Source: Microthyrium microscopicum
Taxonomy: Eukaryota
Direction: 5' to 3'
Assembly: GCA_010405405.1 (NCBI GenBank)
Contig: MU004238.1
Coordinates: 321,530 to 385,529, forward strand
DNA length: 64,000 nucleotides
Shown: one piece after another, positions 49,081 through 63,200 of the stretch
Position numbering within the stretch: the first letter of the stretch is position 1
How the letters are laid out: every line of letters starts with the position of its first letter
Position numbers and translations under genes: made by a program
The notes under the pieces: generated by a model
Seen by the model: the letters and a program-made list of their open reading frames with translations, nothing else
Database searches by the model: none
What the model was told of the DNA's origin: nothing

Positions 49081-49965
49081 TTATATGGCAGCCATCGAAT
49101 CGGATAAGAAATCCGGGTTGTATAGGAAATCCCTTACGGCTTTCTCAAGCTGCTCTTTGAGTCGCTGCGATTCCACTTCCGCAGTAGCACTGGCAGAAGC
49201 TGCTTCATTGGTTGCTAGGGTGGTTGACGATGACATCTCGACAGCCACCGGTGAGTCTTTAACAACCAGAGCAGTGGACATCAGCACCGTTGGAGTCTTG
49301 GCCTCTGGCAAGAGCGCGGACGGAGGACTCTTCGGTGTTGCATGCTGCGGCGTCGGGTTTGAGCTGAAGCCAGACAAAGCCTTATTTGCTGCGATAAGGA
49401 TATGAGTGTTATTAAAGGCTAGTCTAGGCTTTTTGCTTGGTGTTGATGCTGGGTATGCAGCTCCTGGTGATGTCGTAGTTGATGCATGAGGTGGATTTAG
49501 CTCGAAGCGTACCGGTACATGCTGCGATTGTTCAAGCGATAGTCTGCCATGCGATTGCGAATCGCCCAGTTCACCCTAAACAAGTTAACCGGGTGATTCG
49601 AAGAGTTATGTATCTATCGCACTTACAAATCCTCGCTTCTTCGGACGGTCTGGATCAACAATGCCGACCGTTATTCTGGTGCCGAATAACTTGAGTCGAT
49701 CCATGTTGACCATGGCATCGGATGCTTTCTGTGCTGAAGGAAGAGCCACATGGCAAGACGTGTCCCGCTGATCTGGGTGCCAGTAAAAGACAAGCTGTTG
49801 CAATCCCCGTTTGTGGAATGCATCTTCTAGCACCTCTTTTACTCCATTGACATGACCTGGAATGTGTGAGACAAATATCAATCGGTGAGACAGTTTTGCT
49901 TCGAGGTATTTGCCATGATCGGGATGATCTTGGCTTAGTGGCATTATCTTGTGCGGATCCGCCAT
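49081..49965 (-). CDS. Hypothetical protein with an N-terminal RRM-like domain; exons 49965-49627 and about 49575-49081 (3' end may splice to ORF 48620-48928)
   Basis: 'RLIFVSHIP...CHVALPSAQKASDAMVNMDRLKLFGTRITV' has RNP2/RNP1-like spacing. Intron GTAAGT..TTAAC..TAG joins in frame to the 49081-49377 ORF. Confidence 0.6.
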
Positions 49966-50255
49966 TGTGAAAGTGCGCACGATCCCAAGAAGTAATTGGT
50001 GAAAAACTGAGGACTTTGGAGAATGAGAGTCAGAGTAAAAAAGTTGTGGCAGCGAAAGTGGTGGTGCCAAGTTACCCAGGTGATATGGAAGGAAGGTGCG
50101 GTGGGTGGGTATCAGGCTGTCAGCCTTATTGTACGCATATACTAGCCATATTAGGCTAGATCTTGAAAGGCGCGTGGCTCCAGAACTGGGTCCCCCTGTC
50201 TTGCCCATCATCCGTAGCGATGCTCCACTAGTCTGCGTAACTTGCCTCCATCGTA

Positions 50256-53200
50256 TCTCTGCTGCGCGTTCTGAGGTTGAAAGGGCAAAATGTGGCCTAT
50301 TGATTTAGCTGCAGATCTAGGAATCTAATTAGGGGAGACCCTAGACTAGAGGAGTATACTATAGTGTAAATTTGTATAGTAGCGTGCTTAGTAGTCCTAT
50401 ATAATACTAGGGATAATATATCTTAATATTTAACTTTATATATTCTTAGTATTATTTAAATCCTTAGATCTTACTTGTTTTAACTAATCTCGTTATAGCG
50501 TCTCTTCCTATAATAAATATAGGTAAGCACCTTAATAGATTTAAACGCTATTAGGTATAAGATATAATTCTTTAAGAATACTTAGCCTATAAGATTATAG
50601 GCACTCTTAACTATTCCTTATAGATTATTACTTACTAGTAGAAGAAGCTTAAAATAACTGCTTTATTTAATACTATTAGAGTTATTTAATAGTAGCCCTT
50701 AATTAATTCTTTAAAAACTATTATATTAGTAGAATATCTAATATTAAAACCTAATTCTACTTAATTCGAAATAGTAGATTACCTAATAGATGTCTTTAAT
50801 ATTAAAGTAAGCTATAATATAGTATACTAAGCGCTAAAGCGTATAAAATAGACTAAAAAGAGAGTAAGTAATTATTACTGTTACTATAACTTTATTTAAT
50901 TAATTCTTATCGTATTTATACTAAAATAGTGCTATAATATAGTTGTTTAATAGTCCTTATACCTCTAATAAGAATTTTGTAATAAAATAAATAATTATTA
51001 TCTAGATTAGATTATTTATATAGATAAATATAGCATAGGAACTAGCTATTTAGCTCATAGGATAAAATAAAGCCTAAAGGGTATAGAATGCGCTATATTC
51101 TTACTACTTTAGAGCTCTAAGAAGTAGAATATATTGCTAGTATATACTATATAAGGAATTTTAGTAGTAAATCTATATTAATATAATACTAATAGTAAGG
51201 GATTTACCTATTAGTATAAATATAACCTAATTCTAGAGTATTCTTCCTTCCCTATACCTAGGAATTTAGTTATTATAATAGATAATGCGCGCTTTTACTA
51301 AGCTAAAGATTTAAGAGCTCTTTTTAATTGTTTTAGTATTTAACTAGTATTCTTACCTTTCTATAGCCCTAATTTTAATTCTATTAAGTAATTATTTAGT
51401 GATTTAAAGAAGTAGCTTTAATTAAATAATAGACTTTATTAAGAAGGAAGATAGAAAGGTTAGCCCTTTAAAGAATATTTCGAGTTAGGATTAAAGGAAT
51501 AAGTTAATACTAGCTAGTAAGTAATAAAGTACTTTAGATATAGTAAATTTAATATCTAGCGATAGCTTATAACTATCTTATTCTATCTAACTCTCTTCTA
51601 TAAGTCGTTTAGCTTCCTTTTAAGCCTAATTATGCTATTCCTTAACCTAAATAATAAAATAGCTTATAGCATTCTTCTTAATATTAAGGTTAATAGTAGT
51701 AAAGACCTTAATATCTTCTTTTATTACTACTTAACTAATTCTTATATACTTACTTTAATAAATACCTAGAATTAATTTTACTCATTTAAACTAAGACGTC
51801 TTAATACTTATATAATAAGATAACTACTTCTTAAATATCTTTAACTCTTTATTAGGATTAAAAATAATTAGATTTAATAGCGCACGTAGTAGTAAACTAT
51901 TAGTATATAGAATATTAATATTTAGAATCATAGTGTTAACTACTAGCTTTTCTACGCTTATAGCTACTATAGCCTAAATATCTACTAGCATAAAGCTAAA
52001 ATATAGGTTATTATTATTAAAGTGTCCTAAATTATTCTTATCTTTACTACTACGCTTATCTTTAGAATAGGAATTCTTATTAAACTATTTACTAGTACTA
52101 AGGATAAAGATCTTTATTAAAATCTTATCTAGAGAGCATTTATTAAAGCTCTCTTAAGGCTTCATAAGACTAATAATATTAGCCTAATAGCAAAGAGTTC
52201 TTAAATTAATAATAAGGTACTAGTTAGTATTTCTAATAACGTAATAATATCTCTTAAGCTTTACTATAGAGTAAAGTAATTTATAGTAATTATAAGTATT
52301 AAATAATATAGCATAGGTATTAATATTATTATAGAGTTAATTCTTAATAATAATAGCATTAATTTTAGCATTATTAGTATCTTTTTAAGAGTTATTTTAG
52401 GCCTCTAGTTCTTTTAATATTATAGACTCTTTAAGGGTATTATTAGCTTTATTTACTATCTACATTATCTCTTATTTAGGTATAACTAGTTTAGGTAGTA
52501 TAGTACCTATTTTAGAATAGTTAAAGAAGTATTTCTTAACTTTTACTAGTTTTTATTTAATATCTAGTTTATCCTTCTTAAAAGTAAATAGTATAAATAG
52601 ATTCTTACCTAATTCTTTAATAAAAAGTTAAAAATATGTCTATATAGACGTTATTAAGCTTAGAAGATAATATTATTCTTTAGTACGCTAATTCTTCTAC
52701 TTTAAAGCTTCTTTCTAACTATTAGAAAATATTATAAATACTTTTATAGTTATCTTATTTAGTTAAGGCTTATTTCCTCTCTTTTTAATATTATATTTAC
52801 TAATCTTAGTAGAAATAATTAGTATTAGCTTACTATTAATTTAAATTAGCATAATTAAACTACCTCCTAGTTATAATAGTAGCTTTAGAATTTAAGATAT
52901 AGTTAACTTATTAAATCTAGGCTATTAAGATCTCTAGCTAGCGTTTATCCTATTATTTATCTCTTCTATATAGCTAATTAAAGAGCTAAGAATTACTATT
53001 AAAGAGCTTTAATTTTAGCTTTATATTAGACTTTTAGTAAGTATCTAGAAGGTATAAATATCTTAAGATACTATAAGAGCTATTCCTAGAACTAGAGTAT
53101 TATTTTGGCCTATTTTACTTATAATCTAAGTAAGTATATCTACTAGCGTCTTAGGTATTAATTTATTAGTCTTCTTTCTATAAGTAGGGCGTTAAGTAGT

Positions 53201-53578
53201 AGTAAGATCTAAATTTACTAATATAGGGCGTTTACTTAATATAATTACTAGGAATAATAATAATAAGGCTATTTACTAATAATTTAATAAGAATCTAGCT
53301 CTTTTAGGCTTTTAAATAGTATAAAGATTAATTAATTATAATATATCCTTAATAAGGAATTCCTACTCTAAAATCTATATATTTTAGTCTATCTTTAGAT
53401 TACTAGGGAGCACTATAAAACTAGCATTGCTTTACGGCTACTAATAGTTTAATTATATATAAATCTGCATACTAACACACTCCTCGATCCCGTCGTGCGA
53501 TCCAATCAGATTCCTAGATCTGCAGCTAAATCAACAGGCCACATTTTGCCCTTTCAACCTCAGAACGCGCAGCAGAGA
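50256..53578 (+). mobile_element. RIP-inactivated Tc1/mariner (IS630/DDE_3-type) DNA transposon, 3.3 kb
   Basis: ~77-bp TIRs (50256-50332 and 53502-53578) with TA flanks. Relic transposase motifs DNARF (51281) and FLPFYSPNFNSIK, matching LPPYSPDFNPIE (~51350). The interior is extremely TpA-rich. Confidence 0.9.
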
Positions 53579-53764
53579 TATTTCGTATCCTCCGTTCCCT
53601 AATCCATATATCTAGTCTTCTGCACTCCTCTCCTAATTCCCAGCACACACGTCGTGAACTTCACATACCGGGCTCACTTCTCTCCAATCCAGTGGCCAAT
53701 TCTCCGTCAAATTCGTGCAAACTGTGCCATCATACACCCGACACTCCCGCCCTTCCAGCTTAAA

Positions 53765-56144
53765 ATGCCAAAGCTCCATATATCAAAAGGCAAATTCTAT
53801 GATGAACACGGCCGTGAAGTTTACCTACGCGGTATAAACGTCGATGGCAGCGCAAAGCTCCCAGCCAAGCCGGATCTCCCTTCCCACGAACCTACGAACT
53901 TCTTCAAGGGTGATGACGTCTCCTTCGTCAATAGGCCCTTTCCTCTCGACGAAGCCCCCTCACATTTTGCGCGCCTGAGGAACTGGGGATATACTACGAT
54001 ACGATGGATATTCACATGGGAGGCACTAGAACATGCTGGCCCTGGCAAATATGATACGGAGTTTGTAGACTACACTGTCAAATGTCTACGGATAGCGAAA
54101 GAGTTTGGATTTATGGTCATCATGGACCCACATCAGGACGTATGGTCGCGGTTCACAGGAGGATCAGGGGCACCACTTTGGACTCTGTATGCATGTGGAT
54201 TGGATCCAGAGAGGTTTGCTGTCACGGAAGCCGCCCTGGTACAGAATACATGGCCGGATCCGACTACATTCCCGAAGATGATTTGGGCTACCAACTACTA
54301 TCGATTAGCTTCTCAAGTTATGTTCACAGTGTTTTGGGCTGGCAAAGAGTTTGCGCCGAAAGCAATCATTGATGGGAAGAATATCTCGGACTATCTGCAA
54401 GACCACTTCATAAATGCATGCCGCTTCCTGCTCAAGGGCATATCAGATGCTGGCGGACTCATGGATGAAGTGGTGGTTGGATGGGAGACCATTAATGAGC
54501 CTAATTTTGGTCTCATTGGCAATCAAGACTTGACAAAAGTCCCATCAGAACAAAAGCTACAAAAAGGAACATCTCCAAATGCATGGCAGGCCACGCTTCT
54601 GGGTTCAGGCATCGCTTGTGAGGTCGAAGTATGGGATGTCGGTGGAATGGGACCACATAAAACTGGTACAACTCTTGTCGATCCACAAGGAGAGAAGGCC
54701 TGGCTCTCAAAAGACTATGATGATACGAAGTATGGCTGGAAAAGAGATCCTGATTGGAAATTGGGAGAATGTCTATGGGCCCAATGTGGAATATGGGATC
54801 CAGAAACTGGTGAAATTATAAAAAAGGATTATTTCGCCAAGGACCCTCGAGATGGCTCTAAGATCGACTATCTATACTTTACAAACCACTGGTTCGTGGA
54901 CCACTTTCGAAAGTACCGCGATATGGTTCGATCATTCAACAAAGATACCATAATATTCTGCCAACCACCAACGAACGAACTCCCTCCTGAGCTTAAAGGC
55001 ACAATAGACGAAGACGAAAACATCGTCTACTGTCCGCATTGGTATGACGGCTTAACACTGATGACCAAGAAATGGTACACATTCTCATCCTCCCCTTACT
55101 ATTCCCCCTTCATGATTACTAACAATATTTAGGAACTCATGGTGGAACGTCGACGTAATTGGAGTCCTCCGCGGCCGCTACTCCTCCCCCGTCTTTGCCA
55201 TCAAACTCGGCGAAACAGCAATTCGCGCCTGCTTCCGCGACCAACTAGCCTCAATGCGGCAAGAAGGACTCGACAACATCGGCACCACGCCCTGCATCTT
55301 CACGGAAACAGGCATCCCCTTCGATTTGGATGACAAGAAAGCCTATGATAATGGCGACTATAGCAGCCAGACGTCTGCACTCGACGCTGTGCAGTTCGCT
55401 CTGGAAGGTAGTGGGATACAGGGATATACACTATGGAACTATACCTCCATCGTAAGCTATCTCCCCAGCTTTGATGCCGATATTATACTGACTCAAAACC
55501 AGAACACAAATAACTGGGGCGACGCCTGGAACGGCGAAGATCTCAGCATCTACTCCCGTTCCCTACCACCCACACCAAGCACCGAATCCACGCGCGTCGA
55601 AACTCCCTCATCAATAAAAGCCACCCTCTCTCCACCACCAAGCATGTCCGCATCCTCAACAACCTCCCTCCCCCACCAAGGACCTCTCACCACATCAAGC
55701 ACAAACTACCGCGCCGCAGCAGCCCACATCCGTCCCTGGCCGCGCGCGATCCACGGCACCCTCGGGCCCTTTGGCTTCGATTTAAAGCACAGCACATTCA
55801 CCCTATCCCTCACAGCCACCAGCGCCACACCAAACGAGTATCCAACCGAAATCCACCTTCCGCGTCTGCATTTCCCCGTCGGCCAAACGCAAGTCACAGT
55901 AAGTGGTGGACGCTGGGCCGTTGTAGCGGAGACGCTCGTCGGCGGAACGCAAGGAGAGGAGGAGGGAGGGGATAGTAGTGGGGAGGTTCTGCAGGTGTTG
56001 AGGTGGTGGCATGCGGAAGGAGAGCAAAAGCTAGAAGTTAAAGGAGTAGTGATAGCGACCAAAGACATGGAAGGCAGCGGGGAGGAAGAGATGGGGTATT
56101 TGGCGCAGTATCGGCAGCAATTGAGGAATTGTAGTGTTATGTAA
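53765..56144 (+). CDS. GH5 endoglycoceramidase-related / steryl-beta-glucosidase-like protein (Egh1/EGCrP type); exons 53765-55074, 55133-55451, 55503-56144
   Basis: GREVYLRGIN, TWEALEHAGPG, DPHQDVWSRFTGGSGAP, NEP, PHWYDG, WNVDVIGVLRGRY, ETGIP, GDAWNGEDLSI; ends in CSVM. Confidence 0.9.
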
Positions 56145-56788
56145 AAATTAGCCGAACGGAGTGAGTTGATAAGGAGCGAGTTGTTAATGGGACCAGTTGG
56201 TATACGATGAATAATTCACGACTATGACAGACGTTTGACCCACGAAACACGCAAGATATAATGAGAGAATCTTGATGAATTAATGTTCATGCCATATCAG
56301 CGTCTTCTTGACACTAATCTATGCAACTATCTCCAAAACGTGGTATAAATAATCGTACATTCAACAATCCATTCACATGATCCTCTCGTCAGCACAGGTT
56401 CCCAGAAAATCCTGTCTGGCCCACCAGTAGGGTATAAATAGGTAGAATGATGTGAAGAAGGCTCATAAACAATGGCGTGGTCTCTTTGACCGCACGCGAG
56501 AATTCAAAAAGCAAAGAATGCCCGCTCGCCAAATCATCCTTGCAAAACATGGTATGATAGATATGCTGTAAAGCGCCAGTTGCGCCGCCCAAATGCTGGT
56601 TGTGATGTTTTGACATATGAAAATTAGGTGGTGGGTAGGCGTTGGATGATCTTGAGATGATGTTCATAATGCGTAAGGGGTTCGTGTGGAGGCCGCATAT
56701 GGTATCGTTGCCATCTCGTTTGCCATTCGATTTGATTGGACTTGTGGGTGGGTGGGTGCGTTATATGAAGAACTATTGGGAGGTCTCT

Positions 56789-58161
56789 TCATCTTTGGTC
56801 CTCTGGTCGATGATGGGGATTTGGACGACTTGTGGCACCATTAGGCCCTCTGACGCGAGTTGGATCGTTTTGAGCTATTGAGGGATTAGCGGATTGCTCG
56901 CTAGATATGAGAGGTGGCTATCATTACCTGCTTGTCCAGCTTCTTCGGCCTTTGACCGAGTTTCTGGCACAAGTACCGCACCGGGAAGACTTTGGCAAAG
57001 CTCTAGAGCCAGATCAATGGCAATGTTCTGAGCCAACTCCTTGTCTTCTTTCATGTCCTCGCCCTTGAGACGAAATTTTTCTGGCTTTGCCAGGTCCCTC
57101 CGTCTCAAGTTTCGGATTTCTTCTATAACGTAGAGCAGTGTAGGTTCAGTACATCTTATACGATCACCACCATGCTTTTTGAAGTTGCGAACATATCGTC
57201 TTGTGACATCAGTAGCGCCATCCCGAGAAAACGCAATGCAGTAGCTAAGTTTGCGGCCCCATCCTTGTGTATAAAGTCTTGGCTGATCAAAGCGGCCCTC
57301 ACATGGATCGACGTGTACCCATCGTTTTTGGTGTGTAGAAAATATTTCAACCCAGACGTGATCTTCAGAGTTCCAGATCCAGCGGACACGAAGCCCCATT
57401 GCGCGACATAGCATGCCGAAGCAGTTGGTCCATTCACCAACACGGCCTCGGCGGGTGGTCATGAGCACAAAAGCGTCGTTATATCTTGGGAAGCGTTCGA
57501 AATGTCCACATTGAGCTAGTGAGCACTTGTATATCTCGACAGAGTTTGCGCCGTGTGCTTTCTCTTCATCTGAAGGGGCACCCATTCCAACGCCCTGGGT
57601 TGGGGATCCACAAGTTGCACAGTATGGATTGTTGACCCAGGAGAAAAAGCTGCCTCGGAACCATTTCATAAGAGCCTTGATAAGGCAATCTTGATATCCT
57701 AGTTTAGGCTCTTGGTGACCCAAGGATGCTGCTTCGGCTTGGTTGATTTGTGACTCTTCATCGGCCTCTGCATATATCCGTTCCAATGGTACAGATCGGA
57801 GGGCTTCGTCGAGTAGACCGGGATTTTCCCAATTCATTGGCATGTTTGCAAGAGTATGTAGCATGCTTCGGAATCTAATAGCTCTGGCGTCTGTTGGGGC
57901 GGTAGGTACGAGGGGTATATTACGGATGGAGTTGTATGAGGGTGGCGGAGGGATGGGTTCGTGGTAATCATGGAAATCCGAGTAGGGTGCCGGTGAGCTT
58001 GATCTGGATAGATCATTCATGCGTTTTGTGCTGAGAACTCGTCGAAATCTTTTGGTCATTCTGCATACTTCATCTTGTGGTTGTTCAGGCGCTATCGATG
58101 GAGCAGCACTGGGTGGTGGTGGGGCCATTCTGGCTGGTGGTGGAGGTGGCCTGCCAGCCAT
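56789..58161 (-). CDS. PNG1: Peptide:N-glycanase homolog (transglutaminase fold); exons 58161-56928 and 56874-56789
   Basis: LMKWF..FFSWVNNPYCATC, E.YKC...C..ERFPRYN, TRRGRVGEW, DHVWVE, WVHVDPCE, GWGRKLSYCIAF, DVTRRY. Confidence 0.92.
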
Positions 58162-60299
58162 GGCGATTGTATAATAGTTGTTAATAATACTACTCCAGTA
58201 TAGATGGCGATGGTGTTAGGAGTTGTCGTGAGACTCGGCGGTGGGTAATCGCGGCGGGTATGCGATATGGGGGATAGACTCGAAGTGGTGGGCGGGTAGC
58301 GTCGTCTTCCGTCTGTTTGTCGAGATTACTCCAGGTGTAGCGACCAAAGTGGAGAGAGGAGAAGGAGGAGGAGGAGGAATAGTTCAGGCCAGCGAGGCAG
58401 AGTTGGTGTATGTATTTGGATTGGGGAGTGGTGGTGGAGGAAATAGGGTAGAGTAGTGAGTGAGAAAGGAAGGAGCGATTGCGACGACTTCAGACGAATG
58501 GAGGCAACGACGATGGGTGAGCCAAGGCAGGTGCAGGGAACAAATGGGAAAGAACACACGCGGGCCACAGGTGTCAGGCAAGAGCGAACTACAAGTGTAC
58601 AAGTCTAGTAGGTACGAAGGAGCCAGAGCCAGGCAGGGAAAGAGCAAGTAGTCAGAACACAAGTTGCTCTTGCGTGTTCTCAGTCAAGGCGCACATCTTA
58701 CAATCTCTATCATCGAGATGGTTCACACGTTCTTCCCAAAGAGCTGCGCAAGCACTGCGAATCCAGCACACACAGCACTGCAGACCAACAGGCCGCGTGT
58801 ACTGTCAGGCTGTGCTTGCGTGTTCACTGGCCCGTGCCAGCAATGCCAAGAGGCTGTGGTCTTGGCACCGGGCACTGCACAACTTCATCCTCACCAATTA
58901 CTCTCCAAGCCTTTCAAATCCCTAAATACTGCCCTTGTTTACGAAATATATCAGACCGTGGATATCTTCTTCTGAATCTCTGGGCATCATAGAGGCCTTC
59001 AATCAGTACGACTGCTTCGTGGACATTTGATATAAATTTCGACATGCCCATCACGAACCCCCAAAAAAGACCAGGGGCCAGACTCGTTGTTCGCACGTTG
59101 GGGAGCCAGCTTGCGTATACCTATCCTGCATTTGCTGTTTCTCCCTCTTCTCACTTGACCAATTACATTTCTCAGAGCCATCAAGACCCTGATCAAATCC
59201 AGGCCTCATCTCTAAACCTTAGCCCTCAAGCATTTCCCTACTCCAAGCTACGCTTGACTTTGGTAGCTTAAGGGGTAAATAGAAAGCTTGTTTCTCCAAG
59301 AAGTACACTAGATCATCCATTGAACCTTTTGGCATTATTTCCTTCAAAGATCGCATTTATGATAAACATGCCATTCTTGCAAACAACCACAACAACGGCC
59401 AGAATCAACCAACCTCGGAAGTTTTGGCTGACACTGATGACGAGTCTTTTCTTTGCCAAGCCCTACATTTCGGTCTAGAACATCCCTGCAACAGATCTTG
59501 CCTATTCTGACCACATGAGAAGCCCCACTGAATAATCACCACCTTCTCTGCCAAAGGAGCATCAACAACTACACATCGTGCATCGTCTACCAACGTATTT
59601 CATTATTAACTGAATATGCAAGGTATGACCTTCCATCATCATTCCCATGCCGCCTGCAGACTCCCACATCCTCCACACACTGGAAAACAGAGCCGCAAAT
59701 CCTTTTGCAAATCCCAAACCATTGGATTCGTGCTCAGCCACAGGGTATCCAATTCAGATAAATTAAACATCCATCGCTCTGTTCACCCGGGACTAGTATT
59801 TACCGTGCCGTAGCACTCTTTATCTTGATTGCATCTTCCAACTAATATATATCACCCACGATTCCACCCGCTACTACTACTAAATCGTATGCCTCGGCCA
59901 AAGACCTTTAATCAACGTACACATCACCATTTGCGCTGAGAACGCGTACGCCCTATTTTTGGCCCCAGACCTTCGATGCTTCGTGGACGCGAACGCACCG
60001 AATTATAGATACCCCATGGAGAAGATCTTTGGAATGGGTCTAGATGCTTCTTCTGTACCTGAACTTATCTGCTAGATTGTAATTCGTGGAGTTGAGTTTG
60101 CGCCACGATATGCCTTTCCCTCTTATGAAGTTCTGAACTTGCTATGTTGACATCCGCTATATACATCCCCATGGCTATAGTGCGAGAGTGCGCTAGTAGT
60201 GTGGTGGCGCATTACGTTTCAACTTACCTACCGTACTTTATCCATTGCGCAATCAGCCACATTCTTAATCAATCATTATCTCAGTTTCTTAGACGTAGC

Positions 60300-63200
60300 A
60301 AGCTACTTTAAAAACAGGTCGCCTTTGGCTCCCTACTTAGTTAGAGAGCCTTTAGCTCTTACTAACTAAGTATTCCTAGCTATCCTATATAAAACCTAGC
60401 TTACCCTTAGCTAATTAGATATTTTAAGATATATATAATTTTAAAGTAGCTTACTACGTCTAAGTAACTCTTATTCTATTTTAATATATGCCTACTTAAT
60501 ATTTATTAATAGAAATAATTATTTTTAAACTATATTATTTTTATAACTATCTATATTATTATATTAATTTTTATATTAGTTTAATTACCTTATTCTCTTC
60601 TTTAATTTAAATTTACTATAATAATATAAAAGCGTTATACTAAGTCTAGATATTTAGCCTAGAATAACTTAATTAGTAGGAGTTTAATTATAACCTTAAT
60701 ATAATAATAAAGATAGCCTACTCTACTAAAATAATAATTTTAATTAGAAAGATAGTTTTCTTACCTTTTTAGGCCTATATTATCTCTTACTTTACTACTA
60801 AATTCTTTAATATTCTAATTTTCTAGTTTATTATCTATTCGTACTTCTTCTCCTATATAGTTAAAAAGTTAATATAATAGTAATATAAAAGAGGATAAAG
60901 AGGAAGAAAATATAGATAAGAAAAAATATAAAAAAGATAAAAAATAAGAAGAGTATAAAAAAGAGAATAAGTATAACGAAGAGGATAAATATAAAGAACT
61001 ATATAATATTATTAGTACTTACTTTTCTTTAGTACTCTTTATTCCTTCTTCTATTACTATATATAGTAATAAGATAATAAATAATAAGAAGCTAAATTTA
61101 GTACTTATATATCTTAACTCTATTAATTAGTTATTTACTAAGTTTCTTAATATATAGATTAGAGTAAAAGAATATAATTAAAAGCTTACTATATAATATT
61201 AATTATATTAATTAGTAGAATAACGTTAACTTGTCTTAAACTCTCTACTTAGGTTTTACTATTTAATAAATCTTATTAAGAGTAAAGAGTATCTATAAAG
61301 CTTTATTAATAAATTACGAAATCTCTTAAATATACCCTAGTTTAGTTAGTTTAATTTTAAAGTAGCTCTAAGTTCTATTAACTTTACTATAAATATTAAG
61401 TAGTTATAGTTAGTAGCTTCTTAATAAGTAGCTTTCTATTATAATATAATATAGTATAATTAGAGTAAGCGTAGTTTATATAAAGCTAAATCTTTAAATA
61501 TAGATAATTTATATATCTTTCTTATTACTACTATAATATATAGCTATTAAAATTATTAGAAGTCTAATCTTCTATATTTATATTTAGGTATATATCTTTA
61601 TTATACTAATATTAAAAGAAGAGTTATATAAACGTTAGGTACGTTTAGTATTTACTATAAGTATTACTATATTATATAGATTATAAATTAGATTACTAGC
61701 TATTTAAGAGTAAGATTGCCCTTTTTAGTAGTATTTTATTCCTTATTCTTACTTATTATTTATTATATATCGTTATAATAACCTTCTAGTGTCCTTCTTA
61801 TAGTAGGATATAGATATTAGAATGCTTATATAAGTATCCCTATATATTCTATATTTATCCTTACTACCTCTTACTAGTTCTTATTTATTATAAGGCCTTT
61901 TATTATCTATATTCTATAGACTATAAATATTAGAAGGCTTACATAAGTATTCCTATATCTTTTATAATTATTCTTACTAGCTTTAGGTATTCTAAAGTTA
62001 GTTTATAACCTTACGCTAATATATTTATAGCAAAAGCTTACTATATTTGTCTTTAATTCTTATATAGGCCTTATTTATAATAACTTTAACTATAAGAATT
62101 AAATTTAGAATAAGAGGGTTAGCTATAGTTATATTATAAGAAATCTAACTATAGTTACTATAGTTAAATATTCTTATTATTCACTTAGTAAATTAACTTA
62201 AGATATATATAATCTAATATATAAATTATCTCTATGCTTAATTATAAATTCTCCTCTTTATAAAGAATACCTAATTAATAAACCTATAGCTAATACTATT
62301 AAGAAAGTCTTAATATATATAAGTCTTAAAGAAACCTTTAAGACTAAACTTAAGAGTAGATTTATTAATAATAAAGATAAGAAGAAAGAACTAGTATAGC
62401 TATAGCTTAATTAACTTTCTTTAATTAAAACTAAATATTAATAATTTGCTAGTATATTTAAAAATAAAGGTACTATAGATAGTATATATAATATATATTA
62501 TAAGATTTTTATAGACGTACTTAAATTTTTAAAATATAGCTTAAATAAAGTAAATATATTAAGTATAAACTTCTACTAATATTTATAGCTAACTAACTTA
62601 TTAATAGGTAAACTTTATATCTTTACTTATTAATTATTTTTTATATATAAGAATTAACTTAATATAAAGAATAATTATACTATAAAATTTAAGTAATCTT
62701 ATTTATCTTAGGCCTTTAATTAAAAGAAGTAGCTTTATTTAATTATTAGGTAGTTTTATACTTAAAAGTATTTTAGAGAGAGTATTATTAAGAACTATTA
62801 AGGACTTATTAATTATTATAAGCGTACTTTATATTCTATTAAGTATAATATTACTACTTAAGGTCGCCTAAAGAATAAAATACGCTAGTCTATTTAGTTA
62901 TATAAGCTAAAACCTATTCTATAATAAGTATTTAATACTTAAAACTTAGCCTTATTTAAGCTTACTTTACGTCGTTATAAATACTACCCTTTAAATATAA
63001 CTTTTAATATACTAGTAGATAATACGATTATAAGAGATATTATTAAGATATTAATAGTAAATTAGGTAGTTAAAATTATTTAAGATATTTAAACTCTTAT
63101 ATATTAAGTAGAAAGTTAAATTAGTTTATATAAGAATAAAGAAGGTAGTATAATAGTACTAGAGGACGTTAATATTTAGTTCTAAACGTTATATTAATAT

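Noticed and set aside
51600..53400. Possible Ulp1-like protease relic as transposon cargo
   Set aside because: Only a vague Q..C pattern appears after mentally reversing RIP, which is not supportable without a consensus of copies.
24675..53764. ORF-track GTG/TTG starts for GrpB (24675), the 30-kb gene (32368), the protease (41902) and GH5 (53654)
   Set aside because: These are bacterial-style start calls. Downstream ATGs match the expected or more plausible N-termini, and the extensions do not look protein-like, unlike the SFP1 case.
58200..60300. Several 60-100 aa ORFs upstream of PNG1
   Set aside because: They overlap, lack motifs and splice support, and fit promoter, UTR and intergenic DNA.
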